A stretch of DNA of 64,000 bases from Narcine bancroftii (Eukaryota), in assembly GCF_036971445.1 (NCBI RefSeq), contig NC_091470.1:240560001-240624000 (forward strand), read 5' to 3'. Position 1 is the first letter of the stretch. Every line of letters begins with the position of its first letter. The position numbers and the translations under genes were made by a program. Below the pieces are notes generated by a model that ran no database searches, was not told where the DNA came from, and saw nothing but the letters and a program-made list of their open reading frames with translations. Positions 48,565-61,343 of the stretch are shown piece by piece.

Positions 48565-50080
48565 GAAGTTCATGGAGTCATGAAGCTATGTCATATCAAA
48601 ACAGACCCCTTAGCCATTGCATCCATGCCAACCATTTTGCCTATCCATCCTAACTACATTTGGATGTATTTGATCTGCATCCTTCTATGCCTTACTTATT
48701 CAAGAGCTTGTCTCAATGCCTCATACATTGTGCTTGTATCTGCCTCCACCCTCCTCTGACAGTACATTCCAGATATCAGCTGTGTTTAAAAACCCTTCAT
48801 GTCCCCTTTTAAATCTCTCCCTCACCTTAAACCTATTCCTTTTTGTTTTTGATATTCCTAATATGGGAAAATTATTCTGACCATTACCCAGACTGTGCCT
48901 CTCAAATTTCTGTCCTTCAGTCAGGTCACCACCATCACCTCCTCCTCCCCCCCCACCCCCCACCCCACCCACACCCAGTCTCCAACAAGCCCAGATTATC
49001 TAATTTCTCTCAATAACTAAAATCCTCCAACAGCCAAGTGAATCTCCTCTTGAACTTTTTCCTTCTGTAGTGTGGCGACCAAACCTACACACATTACTCT
49101 GTAAATGATGTCCAACGTTTATATTCTAAGCTTTGTCCTATGATAACAGACATAGTGTTAGCCTTCTTCACCACCAGTGTTGCTTTTTCTAGAAGCCATG
49201 TACTGTGACCAAAGGACTCTTTTCATCAGCTTTCCTTCAGGACCTATCACTTACTGGAGATGTCAAATTATGAAACAAATACCATTATAGAAACCTTTGG
49301 TAAAACCAAAGTTGAACGTTCAAGGGTAATGAACATTTAAGAATAACAGGCCATGGTGGGTTAGCATTGTTAATAAGGGATGAGATTAGTACAGTGGTAA
49401 GCGGTCATGCAGAATCAGAATCTATTTGTTTGAAGTCAAGATAGAGTAAGGAGAAAAAATGTGGAAGCTACAAGAAGGAATTGCATTGGAACTCTGATAG
49501 CAGTTTACACAAGGGAGAACCAATGGATTTTCAGTAGGCTTTTGACAAGATCCACAAAAGGGCTGGTCAATAATGTTACACACTTGATAATGGAGTAATA
49601 TATCTTCCCTTGAGTGAGAACCAGTTGATATATATACACAGCAAAGTGTGGGAATATAAAAACAACTAGGTTGTGCCTAGCCATGTTCTCAATAGAGCAA
49701 TGCTTAGGCACCAGCTATTCATAATGTACATCAATGACCTCCGAGAGGAACAAAAGTTATATTCAAGTTTGTTTTTGATACAAAGTCAGATTGAAAGAAT
49801 GAGAGACATTGAGATTTTAGGGAGAATAGAGATAAAGTAAGTAGACATGAACATGGCAGAGGAAAAAAGGAGGTTGTACATTTTAATACACAAATCAATA
49901 AAGCAGAGTATCTTTAAATTATGACAATTTGAGAAACTTTGAAGTTCAAATGGTTCATTTGTACACAAGCCCCTGCAGCTAGCAATTAAAACCAACACAT
50001 TGACTTCAATTATCAAGTTTTTTTTTTAAGTATGAGAGTAAAACTATCTGTGAAATTGCATCTAGAGATCATGAAAGGAT
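48565..50080. mobile_element. Old CR1 fragments (minus 48565-49260, plus 49260-50080)
   Basis: CR1 3' end on -; DFQ.AFDK and MYINDL relics on +. Confidence 0.6.
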
Positions 50081-50164
50081 TTTCAATCATAAAATATACC
50101 AATATTTTCTTTCTGAAAATGCCTTCAACATATTCAGACACCTAAGTAACTGGATTCTGGACAT

Positions 50165-51110
50165 CTTAATGTAAAGTCCACAGTGTGTCCAGGTCGGTAG
50201 CAGAACATCGAGTACCATCACACTGAGTAAAGGCGCCCCATAGGGCTGTGTGTTCAGCCTGACCCACAACTGCATTGTCATTTCCCGCTGCAAGAGAGTC
50301 ATTAAGTTTCCAGATGATATAACAGTAGTTGGCCTCATCAGCAACAAGTTGCACTACAGAGGTAGAAAATCTCATGATATGGTGTAAGACTAACGACCCG
50401 AGTCTCAACATGGACAAGATGAAGAAAATGATCATGGACTTCAGGAGGACCAGGAATGATCACTCTCCCCATCAATAACGCAGTAGAGGAGGGAGTAGAC
50501 AGCTCCAATTTCACTGGACTCTACCTACAAGTGGCCTATCATGTACAGGAAGGTGTGACAGTGACTACACTTCCAGAGAAGAGTGAAGCAGGCAAGGCTC
50601 TCATCACGTCAACCTTCTACAGGAGCTCTATTAAGAGCATCCTGGCCAGCTGCATCACAGTGTGGTATGGTTGTTGGAGAGAATTGGATCAGGTCAATCC
50701 ACAGGACCTTAAGAGTCACAGAGAGGATCACTGAGTCTCCCTCCCTTTGACACCCAACCTGCCCCCATCAATGTGATCTACCAAGATAGTTGTCTGAAGA
50801 GGATATGCAAAACCTTTGAGGACTCTTTACCACCCTGCACTCAACATCTTTCAACTACTCCCATAGGGAAAGGGATACAGGAATATCAGAGCCAGCCTCT
50901 TCCTACAGACAGAGGGAATGCTGAATGACCAAAGGAACAGTTCCCACTAACCATCTAAGACACTCATATTTATGAAACACTATTTAATTATATATATTTG
51001 TGTATACTTGTCCTGCGTATGTACTGTTTGTCTGTATGTGTGTTCCGTCTGGTTGTGCTCCTGGATGTTATGTACTGAGGAGCGGAGAACGCGGTTTTAT
51101 AAAATAAACG
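50165..51110 (+). mobile_element. Rex1/Babar-type LINE 3' fragment
   Basis: STITLSKGAP.G; KFPDDITVVGLIS; TFYRSSIKSILASCITVWYG. Confidence 0.85.
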
Positions 51111-51945
51111 ATGGAGCAGTATAGTATGTCTCTTAGTTTATTGGAATTTGCATAAAATAACAAATTTCAGTCATTGAACATCTGCAAGATTATATGAAAT
51201 GGAGCTCAACAAGGTAATATTCTTTATTTTATTCAACAAGGTTGACCAAGCAAGGTTTCAACATTTTCCCAAATCTACCTGCTATGTTCAAATATCAATT
51301 AAATAATTCTATTTCCCAGGTTTCAAATCAGTTTGCAAAAAAAAAATCAAGAGGCAAAGATTCCATGCATGTAATAGTTGTTTATTTTATATAAACATTC
51401 TGCTAATGCCAGAATTTTTTCCTAGTATCCTTCATGTCGCTGAGTTATAGGCATCTCAAAATAATGGTAATTTTACGTTCAAAGAATTGTATACAACTCT
51501 TTAATTCTAATTTCTTTAAGATTTTTTTAAACAACCCATTTTTTCTGATCTCATCAGAATGTTTCTTTTTCCGTGTTGCACCTTTCCAACTCAAGCTTCT
51601 TGACTATCCTCAAATTCAAATTTATTTTAAATGCAGCATGGTAACAGGCCTTCCAGCCCAAAAGCCTGTGCTGCTCAAATACCCCAATTAAATTATAACC
51701 TCCATATGTTTTGAATGCTTTGTTACTTCATGGAACTGACACAATAAACTCTTCTCTCCATAGATGCTCCCTGACCTCAAGTTTTGGAACATCCTCCTAA
51801 ACCTTTGCTTCTCTAGCTCCCTTTCTTCCTCTAATATCCTTAAATCATTGTCAAAGATTATGGTTATTTGGTTTAATATCTCACCTGCTTTGGAATCAAA
51901 ATGTGTTTGATACTGGTCTTGTGAATTTGTTTACCTAGTATGTAT

Positions 51946-52918
51946 TGTGACAGAGTATATAGATATGTTTTTGGGAGATAAATTGGGAAAGGTTTGTTAA
52001 AACAGATCTTATTTGAAATACTGGAGCTCTGCCTCATGCTAGACATATCGGGGCCTCAGAGCTTTTGCAAGAGCTTTGAAGAATGCTCAAGAGACATCAC
52101 TAATGGAATGTTATTTACTAAAGGCAACAGGTGAAAGAGAATGCTGAAGCCACTGCTGTCATGNNNNNNNNNNNNNNNNNNNNNNNNNNNNNNNNNNNNN
52201 NNNNNNNNNNNNNNNNNNNNNNNNNNNNNNNNNNNNNNNNNNNNNNNNNNNNNNNNNNNNNNNNNNNNNNNNNNNNNNNNNNNNNNNNNNNNNNNNNNNA
52301 CAGACAGCAGAAGTAGCTGGGACTGGAAAAGGACAAGCTGGCAAACCCATTTGGAAGATGGCCTAGACAAAGCCCTTGTGGTTCATGAAAGAGGAGAGGA
52401 CTGGCTGTCTAATGTTTCACTTGGAATAATAGAAACAAAAAGGAACTCTGTGATAACCTGAAAAAAAGAGGTTATCATCTAGAGAATCCTGAAGGGGCAA
52501 GTTTTGTCAGCAAGATACTGGAGTGGCTGGTGGAAGTACATCACTTGTGGATGTCCTGGAACAACAAATCCCTCTCTGAAAACTGAGAAGAACCTTCCTG
52601 AGTGGCAACCATTTACCTTTCAAGCACCAAAGTCTGTTGAACTTTATAAATATTAAATTCTGTGCACAGTATAAGAATTGCCTGCAACCAGTGAACTTGG
52701 AGGAATGAGAAGTTAGATTGGACTGTGAACCAAAGAACTTTTCTGAACTTACAGACACATTACTACATACACGTGTGCTTAGAATTAAAAGGGGGTTAAG
52801 TTAGGGTAAGTAAGTTGGCGATAAGTTTGATTCTATTTTCATGTTTAAAGATAATTAAAAGCAACTTTTAAGTAACCGTTTGTCTTGGTGAATATCTATT
52901 TATGCTGGGCTCATAACA
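51946..52918. mobile_element. Solo LTR, ~1-kb family, copy 3 (opposite orientation)
   Basis: TGTGA...TAACA termini; 4-bp TSD GTAT (51942-51945 / 52919-52922). Confidence 0.88.
52164..52300. other. Assembly gap (137 N)
   Basis: Run of N inside the solo LTR. Confidence 0.99.
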
Positions 52919-53607
52919 GTATTAAAATAGGTACTAGTTCAGATGTATACAAAAGCACAGAAAAATCAAAAAGATTTGGAATTGCTTCTGGAAGAGAGAT
53001 GGTTAAAGCGTGATAATTTATTATGAAAGAGTTTTATAGAGACATTTCTACAATTTTTTGCATGACTGCTTCAGTCAAGAAAAACAGGAGACTACTGTGC
53101 ATCATGACAAAAAAAGCACTGAAATCATTGAGAAGTGGCAAAGTTAAAATATTCTCTTCCAATATATACATTCTGTTTGGTTGGAAAGCATTCCATCCAA
53201 CCCAACTAAGTTAATGGCATACTTCCAGCACGAATATCTTCTTGCACTCCTATCTTACAGGAATAAAGGCTTTTGTTGTCTGTGTTCCTGTGCACCAGTC
53301 TTGAATTCTGTAGACAGGTATGTATTAGAGCAACAATTTCTACTTCACTGCAATGAAGCATGAAGGAATCACATGCCTGATTAACCCCACTGTCAAATCA
53401 ACGCAGTAAAAAAACAGAGCAGATATGCTACATAAGAAATTGGAATTGATAGTCTTGGTTTAGGAATACAAAAGCAGGATAACAGAATTAGGCCAGAATT
53501 AGGATTATTATTACTGTGCATGGGTTTAGCAGAAGATCATTTTGATGCAAACTTGCCTACAACTTCAAAGGAATGAAGTCTGCAGCAACACTGCAACAAT
53601 AACAAAT

Positions 53608-53954
53608 TGTACAGGGTCATTACAGTTATAGCTCGAGGTAAAAAGAAGACTCGCACGCCAAGGTAGTGTAATCGACATTGACTTTATGGGCTGCAGCTCT
53701 GTCTTTTATAGGCAGCTGGCCATTTCACCACTGGGGCGTGGCTTGAGCGAGGCCAACTAATGATTGGTTATCCCAGATGCCTGGGCCCGGATTGGACTTC
53801 CTGCGATCAGCTGGGTGAGATTGGCTGCTTCGACCACTATTCCTGCGGCATATGGGAGCGGGCATCTCATCCCATGTGCTGTCTGTCTGCCTGATCGTCG
53901 TGTTTGATGACTGTTTGTTGTGTCGGCCCATGGAGCGGGCCGCGGGCTGCTACA
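53608..53954 (-). mobile_element. Solo LTR (Gypsy-like)
   Basis: TGTA...CTACA termini; 4-bp TSD AAAT (53604-53607 / 53955-53958); similar to 13960-14357. Confidence 0.85.
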
Positions 53955-54814
53955 AAATAACTTACCAATCTGTTTGTTGTCTTTTAACCTTAACACTGAT
54001 GATTCTTAGGAAGGGAAGAGGAACCGAAGTGGGAGTGTGGGGGTGAAGAGGGCCATTAATCAATCGAAGCAGTCTAAACTACCTGGAATTACTAAGACAG
54101 CAAAACATGTGAATCCCGCTTCATTATAATCCATCTTAAATGTACAAATATCAAATTTATATGAAGTGGCTTTAATTGCATCCCACCAGTACTTTAAATT
54201 TGGCAGGCTGTTACTAAATAAGCCCGTTAAACAAAAAAAAAACAAATGTCATATTTTACTAATTGATATACTACAACTAGAGCCTGTAGAACTACCCACT
54301 TTCTTGGAGTCAGACAGAGTTTTCCCAATAAGAGCCAGAACTTTAAAAACATCCCCTGGTTCAACAAAGCCAAAAAAAAAAATTGATGGCAGAGAAAGTA
54401 ATCATATTCTTCAATCATAGAGTCTATGCAAGAGGAAATTTAATTATAAACTTATAGCTAAGATTAATCTGTGCAGACCCAGATTGAAGCCCTGCTCACA
54501 TTTAAATAATCAATCCACCAAATGGAAAGAACTGTACTTTGACACTTCAACAATATCTGATTTCAAAATAGAACCAAAGAAAAAAAACGCATTGACAAAC
54601 CTTAATTTCTTCTACTCCTAACTGATACTGAGAGATAGTAATCTTTTACTTTTGGAGAATAAAGAGTAATCTATTCCATACTGGAAATGCATTTGGAAAA
54701 CTCAACTATTTTTGGATATTTTGATGTATACATAGTATACTTATGAAGCACAAGTGAAGGAGGGGAAATAATGGATCACAACAGACTATCATAATAGATC
54801 TTCGCTGAGCACCT

Positions 54815-55325
54815 TTCCTCTATCCGCATCAGTGACAGGGATCTCCCAGTGACCAACCACTTCAATTCTGCCTCCACTCCCACATCCATGACCTCATGAA
54901 CTATCCCTCCAAGACTACCGTAAATTGGAGAAACACTTGATTTTCCATCTGGGTACTCTCCAACTGGATAGCATTAACATCAATTTCTCCAATTTTTGCT
55001 GGCCTGCTCTCTGTTCTCCCTCCCTTCCCTTTTGTCTTCTTTCCTCCAGCTCTCTTCACCCCTTTCCCTCTCCATTCGCAGAACCATCCTTCCTCCCCTG
55101 CTTGCTGGTGTGTCCTCCCTCCCTTATCCACCTATTACCTCTTGGCTTCAGGACCATGCTCCTCCCCCTGTGTCTTCCACCCCCCCCCCCACCCTCAATC
55201 TGCCTACATTTTTTCCATACCTTGATGAACGGCTTGAGCCCAAAATATTGGTTATGTATCTTTACCTTTGCTCTATAAAATATAGAGCAGAGTTTCTCCA
55301 ACATTTTTTTGCTTGTGTTTTATTT
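54815..55325 (+). mobile_element. Penelope-like element 3' fragment (GIY-YIG C-terminus)
   Basis: DLPVTNHFNS...KLEKHLIFHLGTLQLDSININFSNF followed by a pyrimidine-rich UTR. Confidence 0.82.
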
Positions 55326-56034
55326 TTAGATCATAATTTTACCTCTATTTTAAAGACTATTTGGCACTTAATTTATTACACAGACAAAACAGTAGTCTAT
55401 ACTTTTTAGACTACAGAAGCTGTACGTAAATTTGCCATTTTGCATTTCTACTCTGGTAATTAGAGACGCAATAAGAAGCTCGTGAAATGATTGGCCCAAA
55501 GGGACTTTTTAGCATTCAATGCATTTTTAACTTCAAGCTTAGATAGGCCGATTCTATTACAAATTCAAAACAAAACTGGCAGAAGACAACATTAAAAAGG
55601 TGCATACAGTAACAAGTTGCAATAAATTAACACTTGGATGTTAAAGTAATTGAATCAGAAACCACCATCCATTCATTGCTAACTTGCATGCTATTGCTCT
55701 TTGTACTGTGGAAGCTTCAGTCATGAATTTCAGGAACAAATCAATAATTCCTACCACAGAGGTTTAAACAATGTTTATTGAAGTCTCATCTGCTCTAAAC
55801 TACTAGGTTAAGTCAAGTTTGTCATTTGATTGCATAAATACAACCTGACGAAACAGCATTCTCCAGTCCTCGCTGCGAAACACACATGCAGCCAAGCAAT
55901 AAATATGCAGGCAACTAACAAGATTAACAGCAAACAAGGAATATTTCAGATGATGGAAAACTGTAAAAACACACAACAATGCTGCATGAACTCAGCAGGT
56001 TAGGCAGCTCCATGGAAGGCAATAGGCAATCAAT

Positions 56035-57034
56035 AGCCCCTTTCATACTTGCAAGTGATCCAAGGAATCAAACGCCAATTGGCCTTTAAAGTGTCTAGTG
56101 TGAAAGCACAATCAACTCAACACGTGTGTGAGATTATGTCATCTCATGCCAGGGATTGACAGCCTCGACCTCTAGTACAATCTCCAGTATGTGCAGACGC
56201 CAGCATTACATTCAGGAAAGTGTGAAACAGGTAATTGCATTGTGGGATTGCAGGAAGTGCAGGAAGATTAAAATGAAGGTATAAACTTTGCCATGGGAAA
56301 GTCACAGTGGGGAAGAGAAAGAGAAAATAAATAGCAATAGTGGACAATTTTTAAAGAGCGTGGGAAAACTGGTCGCGCGATAGGACATAATTTATGAAGA
56401 ACATGGGTGGGGGGGGGGGGGGGAGAGCAATGGTGGACCTGACTTCTCAGAATGCTGTGCAGCAGAGAAACTCCTCCATGAATGCTCCATGTATGCAGTC
56501 GGGCATGGAATTCTAGGAGGGCAGGTCCACCATCACTTTTTATACACGATAATGCTACCAACATTCCCAAGCTGTTTAAATTATATGCTATAGTGCTACT
56601 AACTTTCCCACACTATACAAGTTGTGTGCTATAGCCCTACAAACTTACCTATCCTGATTAAAAATTGTCTGCTATTACTATTTATTGCTCGCACTTTCCC
56701 GTGGTCCCTTATAAAGGTTTATATAAGTCAGCACAACTACAACAGGGGCTGAAGGGCTCGTACATAACGCTTAATTATGTTATAATTAGGCCTGATTAAT
56801 TTTGTTCAAATACATTGATCAGGATTTAGGGCAGGTCCACCACCACTCAATGCATCATGCCAACACCAGTAGAAGGTAGAACAGTCCTGACCCCCGGGGA
56901 TGGCTCCTTGCAAGTGTGAAATCATTCAATATCACTGTTAGGAGTGCTCAAGTGTGAAAAGCCAAACCCTCCCCCCATTCCTATCCTAGGACCCTGAACA
57001 GCCAATTTACTGGGATGCAAGTGTGAAAGGGGCT
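56035..57034. mobile_element. PIF/Harbinger-type MITE
   Basis: TIRs AGCCCCTTTCATACTTGCA / TGCAAGTGTGAAAGGGGCT; 3-bp TSD AAT (56032-56034 / 57035-57037); it interrupts a Penelope-derived end. Confidence 0.87.
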
Positions 57035-57259
57035 AATGTTTCAGGCTGGAATCCTTCATCAGGACTGTGAGGAAAAGCATCATTTAGGGATAGCAAGCAT
57101 AAATTTGAGTGTGTATAAGGCCTTCTCTGCACAATTTGACGTGGATAAGCTTTTAGATATTTGCATTTGTTCCATGATGGCTTTGTGTTTTTGCAAGTAC
57201 TGTTCAGCAGCTTATCAGTTTTACCCAGGTAGTATGACCAAAATGAGAATGAATGGGTG

Positions 57260-57552
57260 TCCAACCTCCCTATACAAGTTAAGCCCCAGTGCAATGCTGA
57301 TAACACCACCATTGGAAACCATGAGTCAGAAAGCAGGATGGAGATCAAGAATCTGGTTGTGTGGCGCCAGGACAAAAATCTTGCTTTCAATTTCAATAAG
57401 ATTCCACCTGCATTGAATTCGCCCATTGTTATTGAATGAAGATCTACTGGGATCAATGCCTGAAGAGGGCGCACAAAATCAGTGAACCAGTGTGGACTCG
57501 AAAGGCCAACATGGCCTGTTTCCGCTCCGTAAATGGTTATATGGTTATATGG
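57260..57552 (+). mobile_element. Rex1/Babar relic joined to a CR1-like tail
   Basis: ADNTTI...EIKNLVVWRQDKNLAFN relic, then a segment matching 11163-11255 and ending (ATGGTTAT)n. Confidence 0.65.
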
Positions 57553-58299
57553 ATTGCATCAATTCTCGAGTGCTTAACATTTCAACACAGAGTTTTGATG
57601 TCAATGAGAGGTTCCATAAAATTAAACCTGTACAGAAATATTTGTAATTCTTCATATGCAGTATACAAACCAATGATTTGCATCAACATTCTTTGCTCCT
57701 GATTGATCAGCCCACTTGCATGCAACTCAAATTTGATAACTCAGCACAGTTGTGTTCAATGTAGTTCTAGAGAGTCCATCAAAATTTTGCACGCTGGTAG
57801 AGTGGTTTCTCTGGTTTAAATTAACCTCAGAGGAATAATCTTAATCTCACTGGGAAATTTGAAATCAGGTTGCAATGCTCACAAGTTTGATATGAACATT
57901 TCAACTGCACACTGGCTGAAATTTTGCTGTATTTCACAATTTTTGTATTAAATAGAACATTTTAAAATCTACATACCAAACATAAATCAGCTTTTTTTTT
58001 TAAAAAAAAGCTCTCAAGAATTATTAAACATAAATCTTATGTTTGACATCAGTCATCAAGAACAAAACAAACACCATTCCAAGAACTTGAAATAGCATTA
58101 ACTTCAGGCTATCTACAAACAAAATACTGATCAAAACTTAAGGAAAGAAAAGTTTAACTGATACTTTGTAAGATTTTACACAAGATACTTACTATGTGTT
58201 TACAACCCAATTTAATTTCAGATTTGAGCAGCAAGAGAGAAACAAGGGAAGACAAAAAGGGGAGCAAAACACATAAATTGCAGCTCTGTCTGCCACGAT

Positions 58300-58800
58300 A
58301 GTATGGATCTCCCAGTGACCACCCATTTCAAATCCCCAACACATTTCCTTGCTGACATGTCTGTCCAGTCTCATTCACTGTCAGATGAGACCACTCATAA
58401 ATTGGAGGAACAACACTTCGTCTTCTGGCTGGGCACCCTCCAATCAGATAGTATGAATATTGATTTCTCTGGCTTTCGGTTAAACCCCCCCCCCCCCTCA
58501 CTTCTTCCCCCCCCCCCCCCCCAGTTCTGTCTCTTTCACAAAGATGATAAATTCTTACCTCATCCCTTATATCCCATTAATACCTTTGTTGATCCCCTAG
58601 CCAGCATTGTCTGAATTCTGAGACTTAGATTTCCTGCTTCTGGTTTATTCTGCTTATTCCTTGATAAAGGGCTTGGGCCCCAAAAGTTGGCAATATATCT
58701 TTTTCAGCATTCATAGATGCTGAAAAGATCAGCTGAGTTCCTCCAGCATTTTGGTGTGTTTTTACTACATTCTCAGCATCTACACACTTTTGTGTTTCAC
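58300..58800 (+). mobile_element. Penelope-like element 3' fragment
   Basis: ORF 58303-58614: DLPVTTHFKS...HKLEEQHFVFWLGTLQSDSMNIDFSGFR. Confidence 0.85.
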
Positions 58801-58944
58801 TTAGTTATCACAAAGAAAGAACCTGCAAAACAACTATTAAGGAGTGATATACTGAAACCCACATAATTCCTTGGGAAAGCTATTACTGAAAGTGCCACCA
58901 AGAGGTAACTTCCTTTGTCATCTTAAAGTTACATCATTCATCTC

Positions 58945-60790
58945 AGGTTAGTGCAAACTTATCAAATGTATTTAATGATACATTTTGTCAGATACATTGT
59001 ATACAGGTAATACACACATGCACTAAAATTCTTACTTGCTGAAGACAAAGAGATATTTATAAAAAAAACCTGCAAAAGTAAACCTAATTGAATTAGAAAG
59101 CGACTAACAAATACAAAAGATAGAAAATTAGTCAATATTCACAGTAATCTTAGTGCAAAACAAAGCGACCTGTGCTGTCAGAGCAGTCCATGATTTAGTG
59201 TAACTAAATTCAAGAGTGAGGAAAGAAACTGGTTCTTGAACCCAGAGAGGTTGTTTTCAGGCTTCTGTTCCTTTTGCCTGAAGCATTGAGGTCATGACTG
59301 AGAATGCGGGGGCCCTTTATGATGTGGGCTGCCTTGTTGAGGCAGTGCATCACATAGATCATCTATAATGGATGGAACTTGGAGCCTCTGATGAGGCTGA
59401 CTAAATTTATAACCTACTGTATTTTCAGGCACTTGAATTACCAGTCTACTTTCCACAGTGCACTTGTAAAAGTTTGACATTGTACAACATGCCAAAGCAC
59501 CACAGACTCCTTAAAAAGCAGTAGCTTTGGTGTGCCTTCTTCGTGGTTGCCTCGATGTGCTTGCTCCAAGAATGGTGAACTTCCCAGGAATTTCAAGGTT
59601 TCACTCTCTCCACCTCCATTCTATTAATAAGAACAGGTGTGTGGTCTCTTGGCCCTCTTCACTAAAATCAACAATAATCTCAATGGTTTTTGTGATGTTG
59701 AGAGCAAGATTTTTGTCCCTCACCACCCAACGAAGTTCTCCATTCCCCACCCTATATTCTAACTCATCATTTCCACTTATTCCGCCAACACTGTCATCAA
59801 CTAACTTGTTGCTCGAGTTGGAAGTGAACTTGACAGTATAGTTATGGGTGTACAGGTGAAAGAACAGGAGAATGAGCATGCAGCTCTGCCAACAGACTGC
59901 ATGGATGAGTCATGTTGTTGATCCTCACTTATTGGAGTCTGCCAGTGAGGAAGTCAGGATCCAACTGCAGTGATGGGCAGAGTCTCAGATCATTCAGCTT
60001 GGTAATGCAAACATGATGGTGTTGAGCACTGAGCTGTAAATGACAACAAAGTGACAAATGTGTTTCTGTGGGTGGTTAGTGATCTAATGCACAAGGGAGG
60101 GCCAGTGAGATGGAGTCTGTCATTGACCTTCTGTGATAAAAGACCAATTGAAATGGGTCCAGGTCCTTGGAGATAGGAATTGATTTGCTCCGAAGAACTT
60201 TTTTTTTTTTAAAGCATTTAATCACAGTGCCACTGGCCAATAGACACTGAGGCACATCACCTTGCTCTTTTTGGGTAACAGAATAATGGATGTCCTTTTA
60301 ATGAGGATAGGGACGTCAGAATGTTTGCATGTTGAAAATTCTGTCCAGTTGGTTTGCACAGGTTTTAAGGATATAGCCAAGTGCATCTTCTGAGTGGTTG
60401 CTCTCCAAGGATTCACCCTCCTGAAGGTTCTATTTGCATCAGTCTAAGAAACAGGGAGTACAGACACCAGGGGCTGTGAGGCTCATGAGGGTTATTCATT
60501 GCTTTCCCTTTTTGAAGCAATCAGAGGAGGCATTGAATTCATCCTGAAGAGATGTATCACAGTTGATAACACTGCCTTTGTTTTGTCTTATAAGATATTA
60601 TGGCATGCAATACCTGCCACAGCTGTCAGTTTCTGTTGGAGACTACAACTTGGTCCAGAATTGTCTCTTTGCATTGGTAATGGCCTTCTGAAGGTTGTAC
60701 CTGGTCTTCTTGTATGCTTCCGAACATCCTGTTCTAAACTTTACAGAACTGCTCTTCACCAGCTTTCAGGTGTCTTGCTTCAACAATGGG
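58945..60790 (-). mobile_element. Rex1/Babar-type LINE, decayed
   Basis: ORFs 59601-59879 (KLVDDS...DKNLALNITKTIEIIVDF) and 60222-60416 (KRTSIILLPKKSKVMCLSVYWPVAL). Confidence 0.8.
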
Positions 60791-60813
60791 CTGGCCAGTG
60801 GCAGCTAAATTGG

Positions 60814-61065
60814 TGTAGCTAGGGAAACAGTCACACTCGGGGATGAGAGGGGCTCAATGATTGGCTGTTCCCCAGGTAGCACTAAACAGCCAATTCCAGG
60901 AAGCGGATCATTATGTCACCAGTCGGGTGGCATGATGATGTCAGATATGGGCTTCTGAGCCCTTTATAGGCAGAAATGCCAGCAGAATAGATCAGTGTTG
61001 AATTCACTCCCATAGTGCATGTCTCTTCCTTGAGCATAACCTCTCCAGCAGTAGCAGCCAATACA
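60814..61065 (+). mobile_element. Probable solo LTR, decayed
   Basis: TGTAG...ATACA, with internal similarity to LTR 1456-1746 (GATGATGTC, CTGAGCCC, TTATA, AATA.ATCAGT.TTGAA). No TSD found. Confidence 0.45.
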
Positions 61066-61343
61066 GGTTCAATTTTTAAATATTTTTTTGAGGTATTAAG
61101 TATAATTGATGCAAAAAATTATATTGAACCAATCTATACCTAACAATAATAATTTTAATAATTCATATTTTCTTTCGTAATTGCATCCAATCATTTTCAT
61201 CTATTTGTCTATTTAAAACAACCTCCCACCTTAATCTCAATTCATGCATTCCTAACTTAGGAGCTTCTTTTGGGGCTTTGTAGTTGGTTAGGAGTTTTTT
61301 TTGAGCCAATTGTGAAAGATTGGGTGCCACTATGTAAGTAGTA

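Noticed and set aside
52056-52461. ORFs containing X runs
   Set aside because: Artefacts of the N gap.
53261-53317. Plus-strand exon-like segment (cttacag|...CAG|gtatgt)
   Set aside because: It is isolated and has no recognisable product. It shows that such patterns arise by chance, which is why the exon calls are low confidence.
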